Positions 11,826 through 26,416 of a stretch of 64,000 nt of DNA are shown here, one piece after another. Every line of letters begins with the position of its first letter. The first letter of the stretch is position 1. The notes beneath the pieces are model-generated. The model did not search any database and was not told where the DNA came from. It saw only the letters and a program-made list of their open reading frames with translations. This stretch comes from Antedon mediterranea (Eukaryota; Animalia; Echinodermata), in contig NC_092679.1 in the NCBI RefSeq assembly GCF_964355755.1, positions 5,672,201-5,736,200 of the forward strand, written 5' to 3'. A program made the position numbers and the translations under genes.

Positions 11826-13401
11826 TGTTTAACTTCTATTAATAAAAATACAAAAGAAAAATTAGAATGTAAAAATAATTTAGCATACCGTAAACTGTTA
11901 GTAGTTTGGCAATAAAAAAGATGGATATATATATCCTTAAATATTCAATTTTACTTAAATATTTATTGATTGTACCAACATCAACAATGAAAAGTAAAAA
12001 TAAAATACATTGATTTAGACTTTGTTTGCATACTAAAGTCCTACATATCATCATCATGGGTATCCATCCTAGCTTCTACACTACTAGGCCTATAGACTAT
12101 AGTAATAATACAGTTCCACATGCCTCCCCTCCTAGTACTACAGTACTATAGTAGGCCTACTCCTACCAGACCAGACTAAAACCGCTAAAACTAGGCCCTG
12201 CCGCCCTCTCCAACTAATAATAAGCCTTATCACTGCATCAGTATATTAATAAGCCATAACATTATAATTGGCCCTCTAGCCAAAATGTAACAATAATCAT
12301 TACTATTTTTGAGTTTATTTCATGTACAACACATACAGCACATATTAAGAATAATAAAGATCAAATTTAGTGTTAAAACTACCATATAAATGCTTTAAAA
12401 TAGCTTTGGACAAACTTTCTTCTTTCTTCTTCTCGTGCATTTCTTGTTCGGATATTTACGCCCTCTATAATCCGATTGCGAAGCCCCTCTGACCGCCGCG
12501 GATTCTAAATACATTTTAATTGGCGCTGCGTTTCAGCAAGTAGATATTCTATCCAATGAATGAAGGCGTTTTAAAAAGCTTTATTGTTTATGTTTTTACC
12601 TGGCGGCCATTTCAATTTGAAGCTGATTCAATCGAAATCTGCAGTAAGAATATAGTATAGGCCTAGGCCTACTACGTTTTACCTTTTGATGATCTATGGT
12701 AATTATATAGCCTAGGCCTACCATTCATGGCTGGATCCCCATTCATAATATTGGGGTTTTTTTTCGCGCATAACAATAGCATTGTCTTGGCTAGGCCTGT
12801 CTGTGACCTCACTCAGAGTTCAGCAGCCAGGCCCACCCAACCCAGTCATTATCATGATTGATTGATGATGATGCCTGGCTGGCTGGCCGGGTGGTTTTTA
12901 GGGCTATCTAGGCCTATAATTATATAGTATAGGCCTAGAGCCCTGACAACGTTGCAGACCCTGTATAGGCGCCTAGCTACAGCCTGGCTAGGCCAGTGAA
13001 TAATTTCGCCAGTGTAGCATAGCAAAAAGCTATACAAAACAACCTTCTTGCTACACATTTCTACAATTGTGTAGCAAAATATACTATAGAAAACTATGTT
13101 TCTCGACTCAAAAATCAGTTTTATTAGCAATATTGCTAAACAAAATTTTAAGATGAAATGTTTCCCTGTAGGCTACTAAGGGTTAGGCTAGTCTAGGCCT
13201 GCATCAGACTTTTTTTGTTTAAAAATTCTTTGCTATTTAATAATATTATTAATTCCTACAGTTTAAAAGAGAGCAACAACCAATGTGTTTTTTATATAAA
13301 AACGTAGGCCTATTGATTCATTTTCTTTTTTTATATAGGCCTAGTTGCGTGAACTACAGTGTGATATGAATGAATGATATATATATATAAATAAAAGAGC
13401 A

Positions 13402-16400
13402 ATGTCAAGCAGTGAATCTGAAAGTTATTATCAACCCCATGTGGGACTGCATCATATCCTACCAACCCCACCAAGAAGAAGACAAAGAGTTTCCTCATCA
13501 TCATCAGTTGGCGGTGATAGAGTTGAAAAGCTTACCTCAACTTTAAGGGTACACATTTATCTTGTCTGGACTTTTGTATCAGTGCTTTACTGGGACCTCT
13601 GCGAGAGAAGTCTTTGACTGAAGAGGTCCCCAGTATAAAGACAAAATAAATAAAATAGGACAGCGAGTGATACTGCAGCTCAGCTGGGTATTCCTGTAGC
13701 TAATAAATTAATGTAAAATGTAATGTTTGATTTATATAGACTAGTGCTTGTACAATCAAAAGATTGTCCCAAAGCGCTGAGAAAAAAAACAGAAAGAAAT
13801 TACAAAGAAAAAAGTTGGGTTTTTAAGAGTATTATGATGAATGTTATATAAAGTTGAGTTGTATGAAAAACAACTGACTAAAGTTTAACAAGCACCACAC
13901 AGATTATATTACATAATTTGTTTTGTAATTTTTAATTTGTTTGTTTTTTCTTTAGGATACAGATAGAAATTTGTATTCTGTTGATCATATGTTAAACACA
14001 TACAGAGGATCCTCAAATCAACAGCTGTCTGCAATTAACAGGGTAAGCAGTGATTTCCATTATTAACAATTTGTTTTAAAAAGTTCAATTCAAAAGTAAT
14101 ACTGTGACTTAAAAAATAAATGTTTAAAGGAGATATCAGAAAGCAGGACTTTGACAGTCATGCTCACAAAAGATGCATTCATTATATTTCACTTCATTAC
14201 ATTTTTACAAGATGACATCATACACACATTTCATAGAATTATTCTCTTACACTTGACTGATTTCTTCTGTAGTTGAGGGATAGTCTGTCAAAAACAACAA
14301 AACAGCTTAGAGATGAAAGATTAGCAGCAGCAGCTGAAACAAGGGGAAGTAGGGGACCAATGCGATCAAGTGATCTGGAGGATGATCAAAGGAGATACCA
14401 GCCTACTACACCTCTCAGGGATTATAAGGTTGGTGGCTCCATATTATGATTTTGTTTAAAATAGATAGCCGCATGATGGGAAGGAATCAATCCGGGACCA
14501 GTGAAATGTAATGTCACTGAAGTGTCTGAACCATTGATTGCAACTACATAAAACTAACTTAATTTATTTTTAATTGAGCTGTACTTACATATGAAGATTT
14601 CTCATCTGTTTTGCAGAATCCTGGCACATCCAGTCACAGAAAGCAAAGGAAAAGACCATCAGTGAGATTTGATGAGGACCTTGATGAGGTTAGTGATAGT
14701 TAAAAGAATTACCCTTTAGATTTAAAAGTGATACTTTTCTTAAGATGCAGCTTATGGTTGCATTGTATGTTAAATCTGTACATTTGTGTAATTCATAATA
14801 ATAATACAGTATTGTATATAGTAGTTCGTTCTTATATAGGTCATATACTCTCAATGCGCTGTACATAAACTATAAAAAACGATAGCAATACTGTAATTTC
14901 AAATTAATGAAAAGCTCGTCTCTCTCTCTCTCTCTCTTCCACTATATGTAGATGTATGTCCTAGTCGTCTTAGGAACTACTAGTAGACATTGACCTTAAT
15001 TATGTATAAAGGGCTGTAATAAACAGTTATTTCTTCTTTATTTGTCCAAGATTCATGAAATACACCAGACTGTGAGAGATCTTAGTTCTGATCAGCATCG
15101 ACTTGGGCGAGAGTTGAACGAGGAAGTACAAAGACGTTTACAAAGTGAAACAGAACACAAAAGAAATCTAGAGAGTCTTTCCAGTAGTTTTAGGCACACT
15201 CTAAAAGAAGAATCGGTATGTAACTAACTATGGATATACTCTTTGTTAGCATAAATGATTAAATCATTTTAAAATTAAATTATCAACCATATTTGTTAGT
15301 CAAGTGGCAGGGGCGCCATCAAAACCATAGCTTTACCATCGGCACAGGTTAAGTCACTCCTCAACCATTGTTTTGGTGGTTGAACAATATTTCTCGGATA
15401 AGGACTTAAAACTGGAGGTCCAGTTTACACATCTGGTTCGTGTACACTATAAAGAACCCAGTACATCATTCAGCCCTGACGAACAGGCACTGTTTGTTGG
15501 CAGCACTCGATACGAAGGGACCCTTAGGGGAGTAGAAAGTTGTGGTATATTTCGTCCACACCTATGCACAATTCAGCCCAGTAGGCTGCAAGTATAAGGT
15601 TATTCCCCCATTTACATAATATTGATATAAGATTTCTTTTTGTAAAAACCAAACGTTCTGTAAGTTTGCTTATAATTTTTTGGTTTTTACTAAAAGAATT
15701 CTTTGTTATATCTATTGTAAAACTAGAGGAAATTTTTCCAGCATATATTGATCCTTTTTAATTTTAATCCATTGTAGTCATCAGACCGAGTGGAGAAACG
15801 GTTACGAGATATACAGGATGAACTAAGGCAGGACAGATTGAGGAAGGAACATAAGGATAGACCTATTAACAGAGGAGATGCCATGTCTTTACAGCTTAGA
15901 GAGGTATGGTTGAATGAATAGTGTAAAGGTCAGAGGGTAATCTACACAGGTATCCTGTATTTTTGCAGCTAAGAAGTTAAACAAAACATAGCAGCTTAAA
16001 TGTATCTATTTTAAATGACGAAGTTTGTATGTGAAAAGTAATGGATGATTTTGTTGTTGAATTTAAAAAAGACAAATTCTATATCCTAGGCCATTCAAAC
16101 TCAACGATCTGTACAAAAAGAGGAGGACAATGAGACCAGTAAACGATTTCTGCAGAATGAGAGTCAGCGGCAGAAGCTGGGCTTAGAATTGGATGAAACT
16201 AAGCAGAAATTGAACCAAACGCAGGGAGTTAATACAGCATTGAAAGAACAAATTAATACCCTGCAATTACAGCTAGACAAAGCCGACCAAGAGAGAAACC
16301 AGTTAGGAACAAAACTTAAATCATTCATGGAAGCTGCTGAAGATGAGAGTCGACATTCAGCGAGAGGACGCAGGAATATAGGTACAGTTCTCAATTGAAT

Positions 16401-19400
16401 GAACTTTAATTTTTGCTATTAAGGTGATTGGCCAAGTGGTTAATAGTTCATGTTGCATATAGCCTGCTCGATCTATCCATCTGCCCACAAAATTATCGTA
16501 TTGTTAATATGCATAATAATGTAGTGCTAAAAAATGTATCATAATCATGCAAAATTATTATTATTATTGTGAGGATTAATAATTGTTGTCTTCATTCTAT
16601 CCATGTATGTCTACCTGCCCGATAAATGGTTCTTCCTTTCCTCATTTTTATCCAATCCCTCTGCCAGTCCCTGACTCCACCCCTTCATCCCCTATAGGTC
16701 ATGAAGAGATTGATAGAGATAGCTACGAACGACTAAGAATGGAGAAAGAAATTGACAAGCTCAGATTAGAAATGGCACAAACAACTGGAGCTAAGGACAT
16801 CGAGGAATGTAAAAGAGAGTTAAAGAGGACACAACGTCAACGAGACCAACTTGCTGAAAATCTTGAGGTAAAAAGAAAATATCTTCTGAAGTCAATCAGA
16901 ATAGGCACATACACAAGGTACATGAACTAAATCTTGAGTTACTTTTATTCCACTCATTGTAGTGGCATGCCTAATTTGAGACAGAAGCAGTTGGCCTACT
17001 GTTTGGCACAATCAAGCTATTTGTTGTTTGTATTTGCCGAAAATAATAAAAGTTGATGAGTAATTCAATGTTTGTTTTTATTAGACTTACAATCGAGAGT
17101 TAGAAGCAAAAGAAAAGCATCTACGAAAGATATTAACACAATTAAGAGACATATCTGATCGTTACGATGACAGCGAACGTCAACGAATGGTTGTCCTTAC
17201 ACAGTTTGAGGAGCTTCAGAGTCGGTTACATGATGTGATGCGAGAAAAGGATTCAAACTCCGGAAAAATTAAAGATTCAGAGAAATTATTAGAACAATCG
17301 GAAAAACGGAGAGAGGATTTTAAAGTCAGAGCCCAAGAGGCTATCAGACAGTGAGTACTATTTCGTGTATGTTTACCTGGACTAACCTAATGTGTACACC
17401 CCTTGGTTTAATGTGGTATCAATCATAAAAAATACACTAATGCGTTAATTAATGCATACAAATATTTAATCCATGGTCCTCGATTTCTTTTTAGATTTTC
17501 CATATTTTGATGCTTTTTAAGTGATACCGTGTATGTTGCTTTCAAAAAGATCTCCAGTCATATTCTGAGGGAAGGTTGACTAAAGAACCTTCTCTGTAAT
17601 AAATTTATTTCTTGGATATTTACCAGTACTAAACTTTCTGTACACTTCTGTGTTGTGAAATTAAAGAGCCCCCTCTATAATTCATTAATAACTTTAATTA
17701 AACAGGTGGAAAAACAAAAGCAAAAACCTTGAGAGAGAAAACAATCAATACAGGCACTCTACAGAGCAGATGAAACAGCAGAAAGAATCACTATTGAAAG
17801 AGAATGAGACACTGAGGACACAGAATACAACAGCAGTACAGAGGATGGAAAACATACACAGAGAAATGAATTCTATACTGGTATGTATTAAGGGACCATG
17901 TCAACATTATTCTGCTGCAGTTACTGCAGTAACTGCATTTTTTAAGATAAAGATGAGTGCTGTGCTCTATACACAGAATGATCTACATTTTTCTGCTGCA
18001 GTTACTGCACTAACTACATTTTTTAAGATAAAGATGAGTGCTGTGCTCTATACACAGAATGATCTACATTTTTCTGCTGCAGTTACTGCACTAACTACAT
18101 TTTTTAAGATAAAGATGAGTGCTGTGCTCTATACACAGAGGTACATTTGTAAAATACATATATTTATATACACATATACTATATTTTGTTTGATAGGAAA
18201 AACGGGCAGAGCAAGATGAACAAGTTAGGTTGAAGGATGTTAAAATAAGTGAGATGACATCTGTTCAACTGGACTTGGATAGAGAACTTAAAGAAACAAG
18301 AAGTTTTCTTGATAAGGTAATTCCACCTGTTTCTTGCTGTTATTTTGCTTTAAAGCACTAAACACATCCATCCAATAATAAGTTACTGTATAACCTGTTT
18401 GACCAGAGCTGTTAGGTGATCAATGTGTATTTGTTCATTTTATTTAAAAACATGATTATCATAAGAATTAATTATTCACTTTATTACTTATTCACTTTAA
18501 TACCTGTTCACTTTAATACTTATTCACTTTTAATATTTATACACCTTAATACTAATTCACATTAATGCGTATTCACTTTAACACTTATTAACTTTAATAC
18601 TTATTCACTTTAATATGTATTAACTTTAAACTTTATTCACTTTAAACTTTATTCACTTTAATACTTATTCGCTTTAATACCTATTCACTTTAATAATTTT
18701 TCACATTAATCAGTTCTGCTTTAATACTTATTATTCACTTTAATACCTATTCACTTTAATATGTATCAACTTTTATACTTACTCACTTTAATACTTATTC
18801 ACGTTTATTTTAAATCAATACGCTCATCAAAATCTGTTATCACATTTAAAACTAAACTCAAAACTCATCTCTTCAGAGAAGCATAATCGCACGCTACTAC
18901 TTGCACAGATCTTGGAAAACACAGCGCTTTGAAACCTTTGTCTCTTGCGCTTTATAAATGTTATTTATTATTATTATTATTATCAATACAGCTTGATGGT
19001 GAACTTCAAACACAACAAGCACGGCAATCAGCCCTAATGGAAGAAAAGATGCGATTAGAGGACGAGTTAACCAACATTCGGTCTGACTTCACCCAGGCAC
19101 AAAAACAGATCAGTAGGCAACATGTAAGAATGTTTATAATGTTTAACTCAAGTCATTTTGAGAAACCAATACATTTTTGGAAATTGGAAAAAAGGTCAAG
19201 AAACCTGAAAATAAATACCTAACTGTTATACTATCAGTCTCTTTAAAACTGTCTCTCTGCTGGTTCTGACAGAGTTTAAAAAAATATGTATTAAATATGA
19301 TAAAAGATAATATCAAATGATCAAAAACAGGTTGAGATTCGAGAACTTAGTTTACAGAAAGCTGAATATGGTGGAAAGTTATCAGAAGAGATTTCAAAAC

Positions 19401-22400
19401 GACAAGAGTTTGAAGGTAAAATTAGATCAGTACAACATGAGGAAGAAATGGCAAGGGAAAAATTAGCAAATCTATCTCAGCAGCTCAAAGAGGTAAATTG
19501 TACATTGTATAACATTGTAAATTAAGTACCAAATGCGAAAGTGGAACTAATGCACTGTTACACACTGTAAATATACATATACAGTGAGGTGCTGCAATGC
19601 AAGGTGCATGCTTGTCACCCGTGTTACTGCTGCTCTAGACAAATTAGTCTTATCTGGATTGATGTTAGTAAGATAGAAACTTTACCTGTTAATGATTATT
19701 TAAATAATTCTTGAAACTTCTAACTTCGACAGGAACGTAGTCTGCATGCAGAAAATGTAAAGGCATTTCAAGAAGACTTGCAAGATGCAAAGGTAAATTC
19801 ATATATGTATATAAATATTAGTAGTATAAACACACTTTTTTTCCTAGGGTATTGTTGATGTAGTATCATGGAAAATTGGCTGGGACGAAAGTGATAGAGT
19901 TCACTGTTGGAGTCCCCCGCTTCTGTGTGATTGGTTGTAGTGTAAAATCCGGAATAAATTGTATTGAATTATTTCTCCATGGTAGTATTAAGAAGGCAAT
20001 CTTAATTGTGTACTTAACACTAGCTCAAGGCAATTCATAAGCTAATTAAGTTAAACATCTTTATTCACCTGGTCTTCTGGCACCTATGATTTATATGACC
20101 CTTTTAATGTGTGATAATGTTATGTAACACCAAGAATATTAAATAATCTGATATTCAGAACAAAGCGATTGCTTCCATATTTAAATATTTGTTTTACAAT
20201 AATAATTTACTAAAGTGGCTATTGGTACTTTTTACAATATTGATTTACTAATTGTAGCTATTGGTACTTTTTACAATATTCATTTACTATTGTGGCTATT
20301 GGTACTTTTTACAATATTCATTTACTAATTGTAGCTATTGGTACTTTTTACAATATTCATTTACTATTGTAGCTATTGGTACTTTTTACAATATTCATTT
20401 ACTATTGTGGCTATTGGTACTTTTTTTAGAGCCATGAGGAAAGAAGAATTCAAGAATTGGTAATAAAAATGCGAAAAGATCGAGCTGATACTGATGCTGA
20501 AATTCAAGCTTTTAAGGTTTGTTCCGTCATTATAAAATAAAAATTTGTCCAATGTTTTATCATTTTGATTGTAATGTATTTGTGTAGAGATACTACTGTT
20601 TTAGACCAATGTTTAGCAAGAGAGACACCCTTGATTCCTCTGTGGCACTTAGGCAAACATAGGCCTACACAAAAGTAAGCTGATGCTATCCCAGAAAAAA
20701 TCCCCCAAAAAATACCAAGAGCGCTATAAAGGTATAACTATTCAATGTCTCTTGTCCTTAATTAGATTGAGTTGAAAGAAGAGCAATCGATCAGCCAATC
20801 GGCCAAGAAACAATTGGATAAAAGTAAATTAATAATCGATGATCTGACAGAGAAACTGTCTAAAGCAGAAGATGAGAACAACAAGCTTAAAATGCATTAT
20901 GATCGAATGAGGCAACGATACGAGGAGCAGGCACAGCTTACCCAACTTGGAGAAAGCAGGTAGTGAGTTCTTGTACAATAATTAAGGATGTAGGGAATGG
21001 GTTTCTGTTTAGTGCAAGATTCTGTAATTGATTTTGAGATGATAATAAATTTATATTTATTCTGATACAAAGTGTTTATTTTTTATAACTACAGACTAAC
21101 AAAGTTAGAACGGCGCTACCAAGATCTCCAAGACAAATCCCGAGACCAGTCTGTAGATTATGACAGCGCCCTCAGTAGCATTGGCAATGATATTGACACT
21201 GTTGTTCACATCTTGTCTAAAGATGTCGGTGACCCTTATGCCACGATCCAATCACCAAAGAAAGATTTCAAATTCCAGCCACAAAAATGGCTAACAAGTT
21301 ATAGGGTTGGTTGTACATTTTATGTTATTTTATTTTTAACAAACAAAAGTTAAGTAAGAAAATAAATATTTTATAAGTGGTCTATCAAGGTGAAGCTGGA
21401 TCCCTCATTGGTACCTTTATTTCAACGTGAAATGAGGTGAATGAAATCCATAAGACATGATGTTAAATATAATAAACAAATATAAATAAAATATATTAAT
21501 AATGTGACTGCCATCAGTTCAGCACCTACCCAGAAAGGAATTACTAACCAATTTAATTGCATGTTAAAGGGGTTGCGTTAAAAAAAATATAACCATTTTG
21601 ACAAAGTAAATTATTTTTCAGAACAAACTACGTTGGGTAAATGACGAGTTAAAACAGCAGCTGAAGAATGAGAAGCATTTAAGGCAAGATCTGAACCACA
21701 GCAGAGGAGACATTGATGAAGCGGTGAAAACATTACGTGAAGAAAAAGAAGTTTTTAACTTAGAGATTGACCGCCATTCAAAGGCTTTGGATGAGTTACG
21801 ACTAGAACGAAAAAGTAAGTTAAACCATTTAATTTAGTTTATGATTGATGGAATCTAATTTGGAATTCATTATATATCTTCTTATATTGCAACAGTCAAA
21901 ATATGGTTTAATCATTTATGTATTTTTTATGATTTTCCTAATAACAACAAAATCTAAATCGGTTAAATATCAATCTTAGATGCTTCAATCAAACCATGGT
22001 TTAAAGCTCCGGTACAGGCATGAATTTTAAATATAATATTTGGTCAATTGTACATAAATCAAATATTTGTAACAGAAATCGAGACAAAAAAACATGACTT
22101 TCCCTTAATATGGTCAAATACAAAATTTTGCAAAATTCTTCCATAAAAACCAGGAAGACTTTTTTTCAGTAGTTAGGTAGTTAACCTAATGTAATAACAT
22201 GTCTGATGACTCCCTAGACGGTGAAAAAAGATGAAAATAAAAATCTGAAATTGAATAAAAATATCAGAAATGTAATATTCAAGTTATATTACCTATATTT
22301 AGTCATCTGATAACATTTTTTACCACACCGTTTATTTTTCATAGCTTTTTAAAATGCCTCTCTATTTACAAAATTTGTGTACAAAAGAATAGAGATTTTA

Positions 22401-23991
22401 CTGTGTAATTTGAACTGATAAGAAAGTGCTTATTTTCAACAAGCTCGTGTAACACAAATAAAATCCAAAAAATTATGAAACATAGGGGAAACTAAAGATC
22501 AATAATTATTGGAATGTATGATCAATAGAAATCTTTTGCCCGCACCTGGCCTTTAGAGCATTTTTTTATAACACTTCTTTCTACTTGATACTCACATAGA
22601 ACTTGAGCACGACAACTTAAGAAAAACTGAGATGATGCAGTCATTGGAAAAGCAGGTTGTCTCACTGGAAAATCACATAGGAAAAGTATGGATATCACCT
22701 ACAATGTGTATAAATGCATTGAGATACTCAAAGCATATCATAAGAAAACATTAAGCAGTGACTAACAGGATAAAAATAAGCTAGTGAAGTTTGTCTTTTT
22801 ATGTGTCTTTAATACTGTTTGATTAATATCAGTTTATATGTACACTATGAAATAATTGCTATTATTTTCTTCTAAATAAATTTTTAAATAAAATCTTTCT
22901 ACTAAAAAAGAGTTAATCTTTTTTTTTAGAATACTAGCATTCCAATGAGAAGTAGTGAATTGCTACCCGAGAGGGACTCTGTATCATTTAAATCAATAGA
23001 CGATGAAAATAACCAAATTAAAGTAAGTTATACATAAACCAATATATTTATGATGTTTTTAACTACCACTCCTGAAAGTGCCAATAAAATTAATCTAGAC
23101 ATTTTGTTACAATATTAAGTATTTATCTGTTATTTTAGGTATTACATAATGAGCGTGATATAATTAATGAACGCTACCAAAAGTATCGAAGTACAGTAGA
23201 TTCATTGCAACAACAGCTGGAAAATGCCAAATTATCAACTCAACATCAGTATCAATCTCCAGATGCCAGTGTAGAACCACTGCAAAATGCGAGAAAACCA
23301 ACCCGTAAACGTCGTGTCCAGATTAGTAACTCGCCTCCAGTGAGGTACGACGCTAGTCAAGAATCAATGCATGAATTTGATGACAGTTTATCATTTATTC
23401 AACCACTCAAAGGTATGTCAATAAAAAGGATAGGTGTTTTTTGTTTCAATCGATTTTGACTCCAGACAGCGTCATATTTACAAGGTCTATCGGGTCAAAA
23501 ATTTTCGTCTAGGCCCTAGCGCAGAGATGTAAATTTACATCATCGTGCTAGCCTCCCGCATAGATGGAACTTTTTGTACCGATTGAACTTGTAAATATGG
23601 CGCCCTCTGGAGTTATCAAAGTTGTTTATTGCGTATCATAAATATAAAAGTGATTGTTAATGTTTGAATCCATAAACTTATATAAATATGCATACAAATT
23701 ATTAATTTATTAAAATGTTAAAGTTATAACTAGCCTCTTTGACTATTGATATTCATATTATTATTCAACATATTAAGTTATCTTACCTGCATGTGTTCAA
23801 GCCAAATAATCTCATACCTTTCGCATATAAATCCATTCAATATGATTCCTTTATTTTGTTCCTTAGGAAGGAGATCAAAGTCGTCTCTGAAAAGCAAAAG
23901 AGGAAATCATGAGACCAGACAACACACTCCAGAACCATTGGATATGTCTGATGGAGAGTTTATGAAGAGGTTCATTCCAGACACCCCATGA
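13402..23991 (+). CDS. CEP128: Centrosomal protein of 128 kDa, 22 coding exons, ~1130 aa
   Basis: N-terminus VEKLTSTLR|DTDRNLYSVDHMLNTYR...AINR|LRDSL matches CEP128, then long coiled coil. Phase-consistent exons: 13402-13548, 13956-14042, 14273-14428, 14617-14688, 15051-15215, 15778-15903, 16090-16381, 16698-16867, 17085-17350, 17706-17880, 18197-18316, 18992-19123, 19331-19492, 19733-19792, 20430-20516, 20766-20959, 21095-21305, 21622-21814, 22600-22685, 22930-23022, 23139-23412, 23867-23991. Confidence 0.9.
17908..18139. repeat. 81-bp intronic tandem repeat x~3
   Basis: tctgctgcagttactgca...gtgctctatacacaga repeated three times. Confidence 0.92.
18470..18810. repeat. ~17-bp intronic minisatellite (ttattcactttaatac)n
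   Basis: About 20 degenerate tandem units. Confidence 0.9.
20195..20427. repeat. ~38-39-bp intronic minisatellite abutting a CEP128 acceptor
   Basis: gctattggtactttttacaatattcatttacta units x~6. Confidence 0.9.
23460..23612. mobile_element. Short hairpin MITE-like element in last CEP128 intron
   Basis: ctccagacagcgtcatatttacaag ... cttgtaaatatggcgccctctggag imperfect inverted repeat. Confidence 0.5.
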
Positions 23992-26075
23992 GATACTATG
24001 CAATGTTTTAATTTCATTATACACTATGCAAGTCTGGTTTAATAATATTACTGGAGAGAATCTAATACCCCTAACACCACCACCACCGAGCTTAGAATAA
24101 ACCTGTGTCATGTCTGGATAAATTTCCATTTTACATCTGATTCATTAACCTGGGAATGACACGGATTGCATGCATCTACACTGCAAAATACAACCCGTGT
24201 AAATGTTATAGATTTATCGAAATATCGCCCTCTAATGCATGAAGAGACACTCTAGTAACGGTCTGCTCATTAATATACCTCCATGACTCCTCCTTTTGTC
24301 ATGGCAATACAAACAAATTTAGACTACTCATGAGGAATAATATTTCTGTAAATACAAATGAAAAACAAATAATCATACGTTTTATTTATATAAACAAATT
24401 AATAAACAAAATCTTTTCTTTTTATATAAATTAAATACAATAATGAGCGAGGATAGAAACCAACTGGGTGAATATATGCAGGACTGTTTACGTTCGCGAA
24501 CATGCAAGTACACGGGTTCGTCCCGGGTTGACTTGATGTTGAATGTTTAATTGTATAGGTAACTGTTTGTTTAAAAGATTTTACACTGTAATTCAGTGTA
24601 GTTATAACTTTATTAGAATATGTAAATGCAATGTGTACATAATGATATTTAAGGTATGTACAGTCATAATTCTATATGGTTTTTTTAATATTTGTAAAAA
24701 CAGATATTGATATTTTTATTGACTTCTGTAAATTTTCTGGTGCTAACTAATATTGAGCTGATTGCTGTGTTGTATTTACTCTGTTTTATATTGTGCCACT
24801 CAATTGAATTTCTTTTCAATAAAAACCAGTACTAGCATTCTCAAATGTATTTCATATCTGTTTCATTTGTAAATGTATTGTGTAGAAAACATCGGGCCTG
24901 TTTAGCAAGAGAAAAACAACAAGAGTGCTAACTAAACCATATAACTCTTCAATTACAATATATTAGTGCAGACATTTTAAAGACCACAGTTTAGAAAGCC
25001 TTTTAGGCCTAACATACTTATAAAGCAAGACATAGGCAGTAACCTATACACTTGTGGACTCACTTGGTTGTTACAAACATCTTTTGTATTATCTTTGTGG
25101 CACTCCATGAAACATAAGCCCTGTGTCAAACACATCTCTAGGCTGTAGTTACCCCAACAAATATTTGCAAAGAGTGCTAAATGATGCCTAACTGAATTGT
25201 AATGAAATTTGTAAATAATAACTGTAATCAGGCCTATTTTAGGGAGACCAAGGTTTAGCAAGATGAGTTTTGTAGGTCCCGTGTACTTTATGCTTGTGAA
25301 CTGAGACTCCATTGATTTGTTTGTGTCTGTCGGGTAAACACAGGCCTGCGGCCTGCCTAACACAAACACTTAGCTGGGGGCCTCCCCAAAAACCAAAATA
25401 AAGTGTGCTTAGCATCGTCGATTGAAAGAGAGGCCTAGCTAATATATTAGATAGTTATTAATTAAATCTATCCATGCCTGAGTTCGGGTTGAGATATACT
25501 GTAAAATAATTTGCTAATTGCTTTTCAGGAGTCAGTTCCTAAACAGTATTTTACTCACATTGTTTGGCCTTGAATAGTAGGCCTACATGCTCCCATCGAT
25601 GCCGACTAAGTCTACAGTTATCGTCTGACTTCCGCGAAAACAATCCAATGATCTGATTGGTCAAAAGTCGGCCTTCTTTGTTGGACGAAATTGAAAAAAA
25701 AGTACAACAACGATCATTATTTTAGTGTGATCGTTTGTGAGCATGCTTTGTAGTCTGTCCTTTTTAGATAACCTATCGATTTAAATGTAACCAAATGTAT
25801 TATTTTATTTTATCTTATGGTATTTCTTAGCCATATATTGGCTGTATAGCAATAACTGACCTCGTCTATATTTCCGGTTTACCTAGGAAAGACACTCGCA
25901 AGGTATAGGCCTACTATTAATTTCACCTTGCTGCTACGCAGAAATGATAATCTCAGATGTTTTTAAATGACCAGTAGAGCCTCCGTTTCCTGATTGAATG
26001 GAATAGGGAGACGGACGTGTGATATCTACAAGGCCTGAAGTACCTGGTGGTTCGTCAATTTGGCCGATAGGCCTA

Positions 26076-26416
26076 TGTTGAGCCGTGAAATGTGCACATT
26101 TGTGCTAACAACCACATTTGTGCAAACATGGCACCCTCAAATGTGCAAACAACCACATTTGTGTAAACATGGCACCCTCAAATAATGTGAAATAGATCAG
26201 TTTTGACGTTAATGTACAAACAAAATTCTAAAAATGTTAAAATAAAACATATTACACAATGTTGTGCAGATTCAAATTGCCCAACGATATTTTTGCGCTA
26301 TTTTAATAGATTTGCACATTTGAGGGTGCCATCTTTGTACACAATGTGGTTGTTTGCACATTTGAGGGAAACATGTTTGCACAAATGTGACTTTTTGCAC
26401 ATTTAACAGCTCAACA
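26076..26416. mobile_element. TGT..ACA MITE-like element with aaatgtgcaaac subrepeats (counterpart ~31376-31778)
   Basis: TGTTGAGCCGTGAAATGTGCA / TGCACATTTAACAGCTCAACA inverted termini; no clear TSD. Confidence 0.55.

Noticed and set aside
17881-18196. HFSAAVTALTTFFKIKMSAVLYTQND repeat as part of CEP128
   Set aside because: It is intronic: donor at 17881, acceptor at 18196; an 81-bp repeat keeps the frame open.
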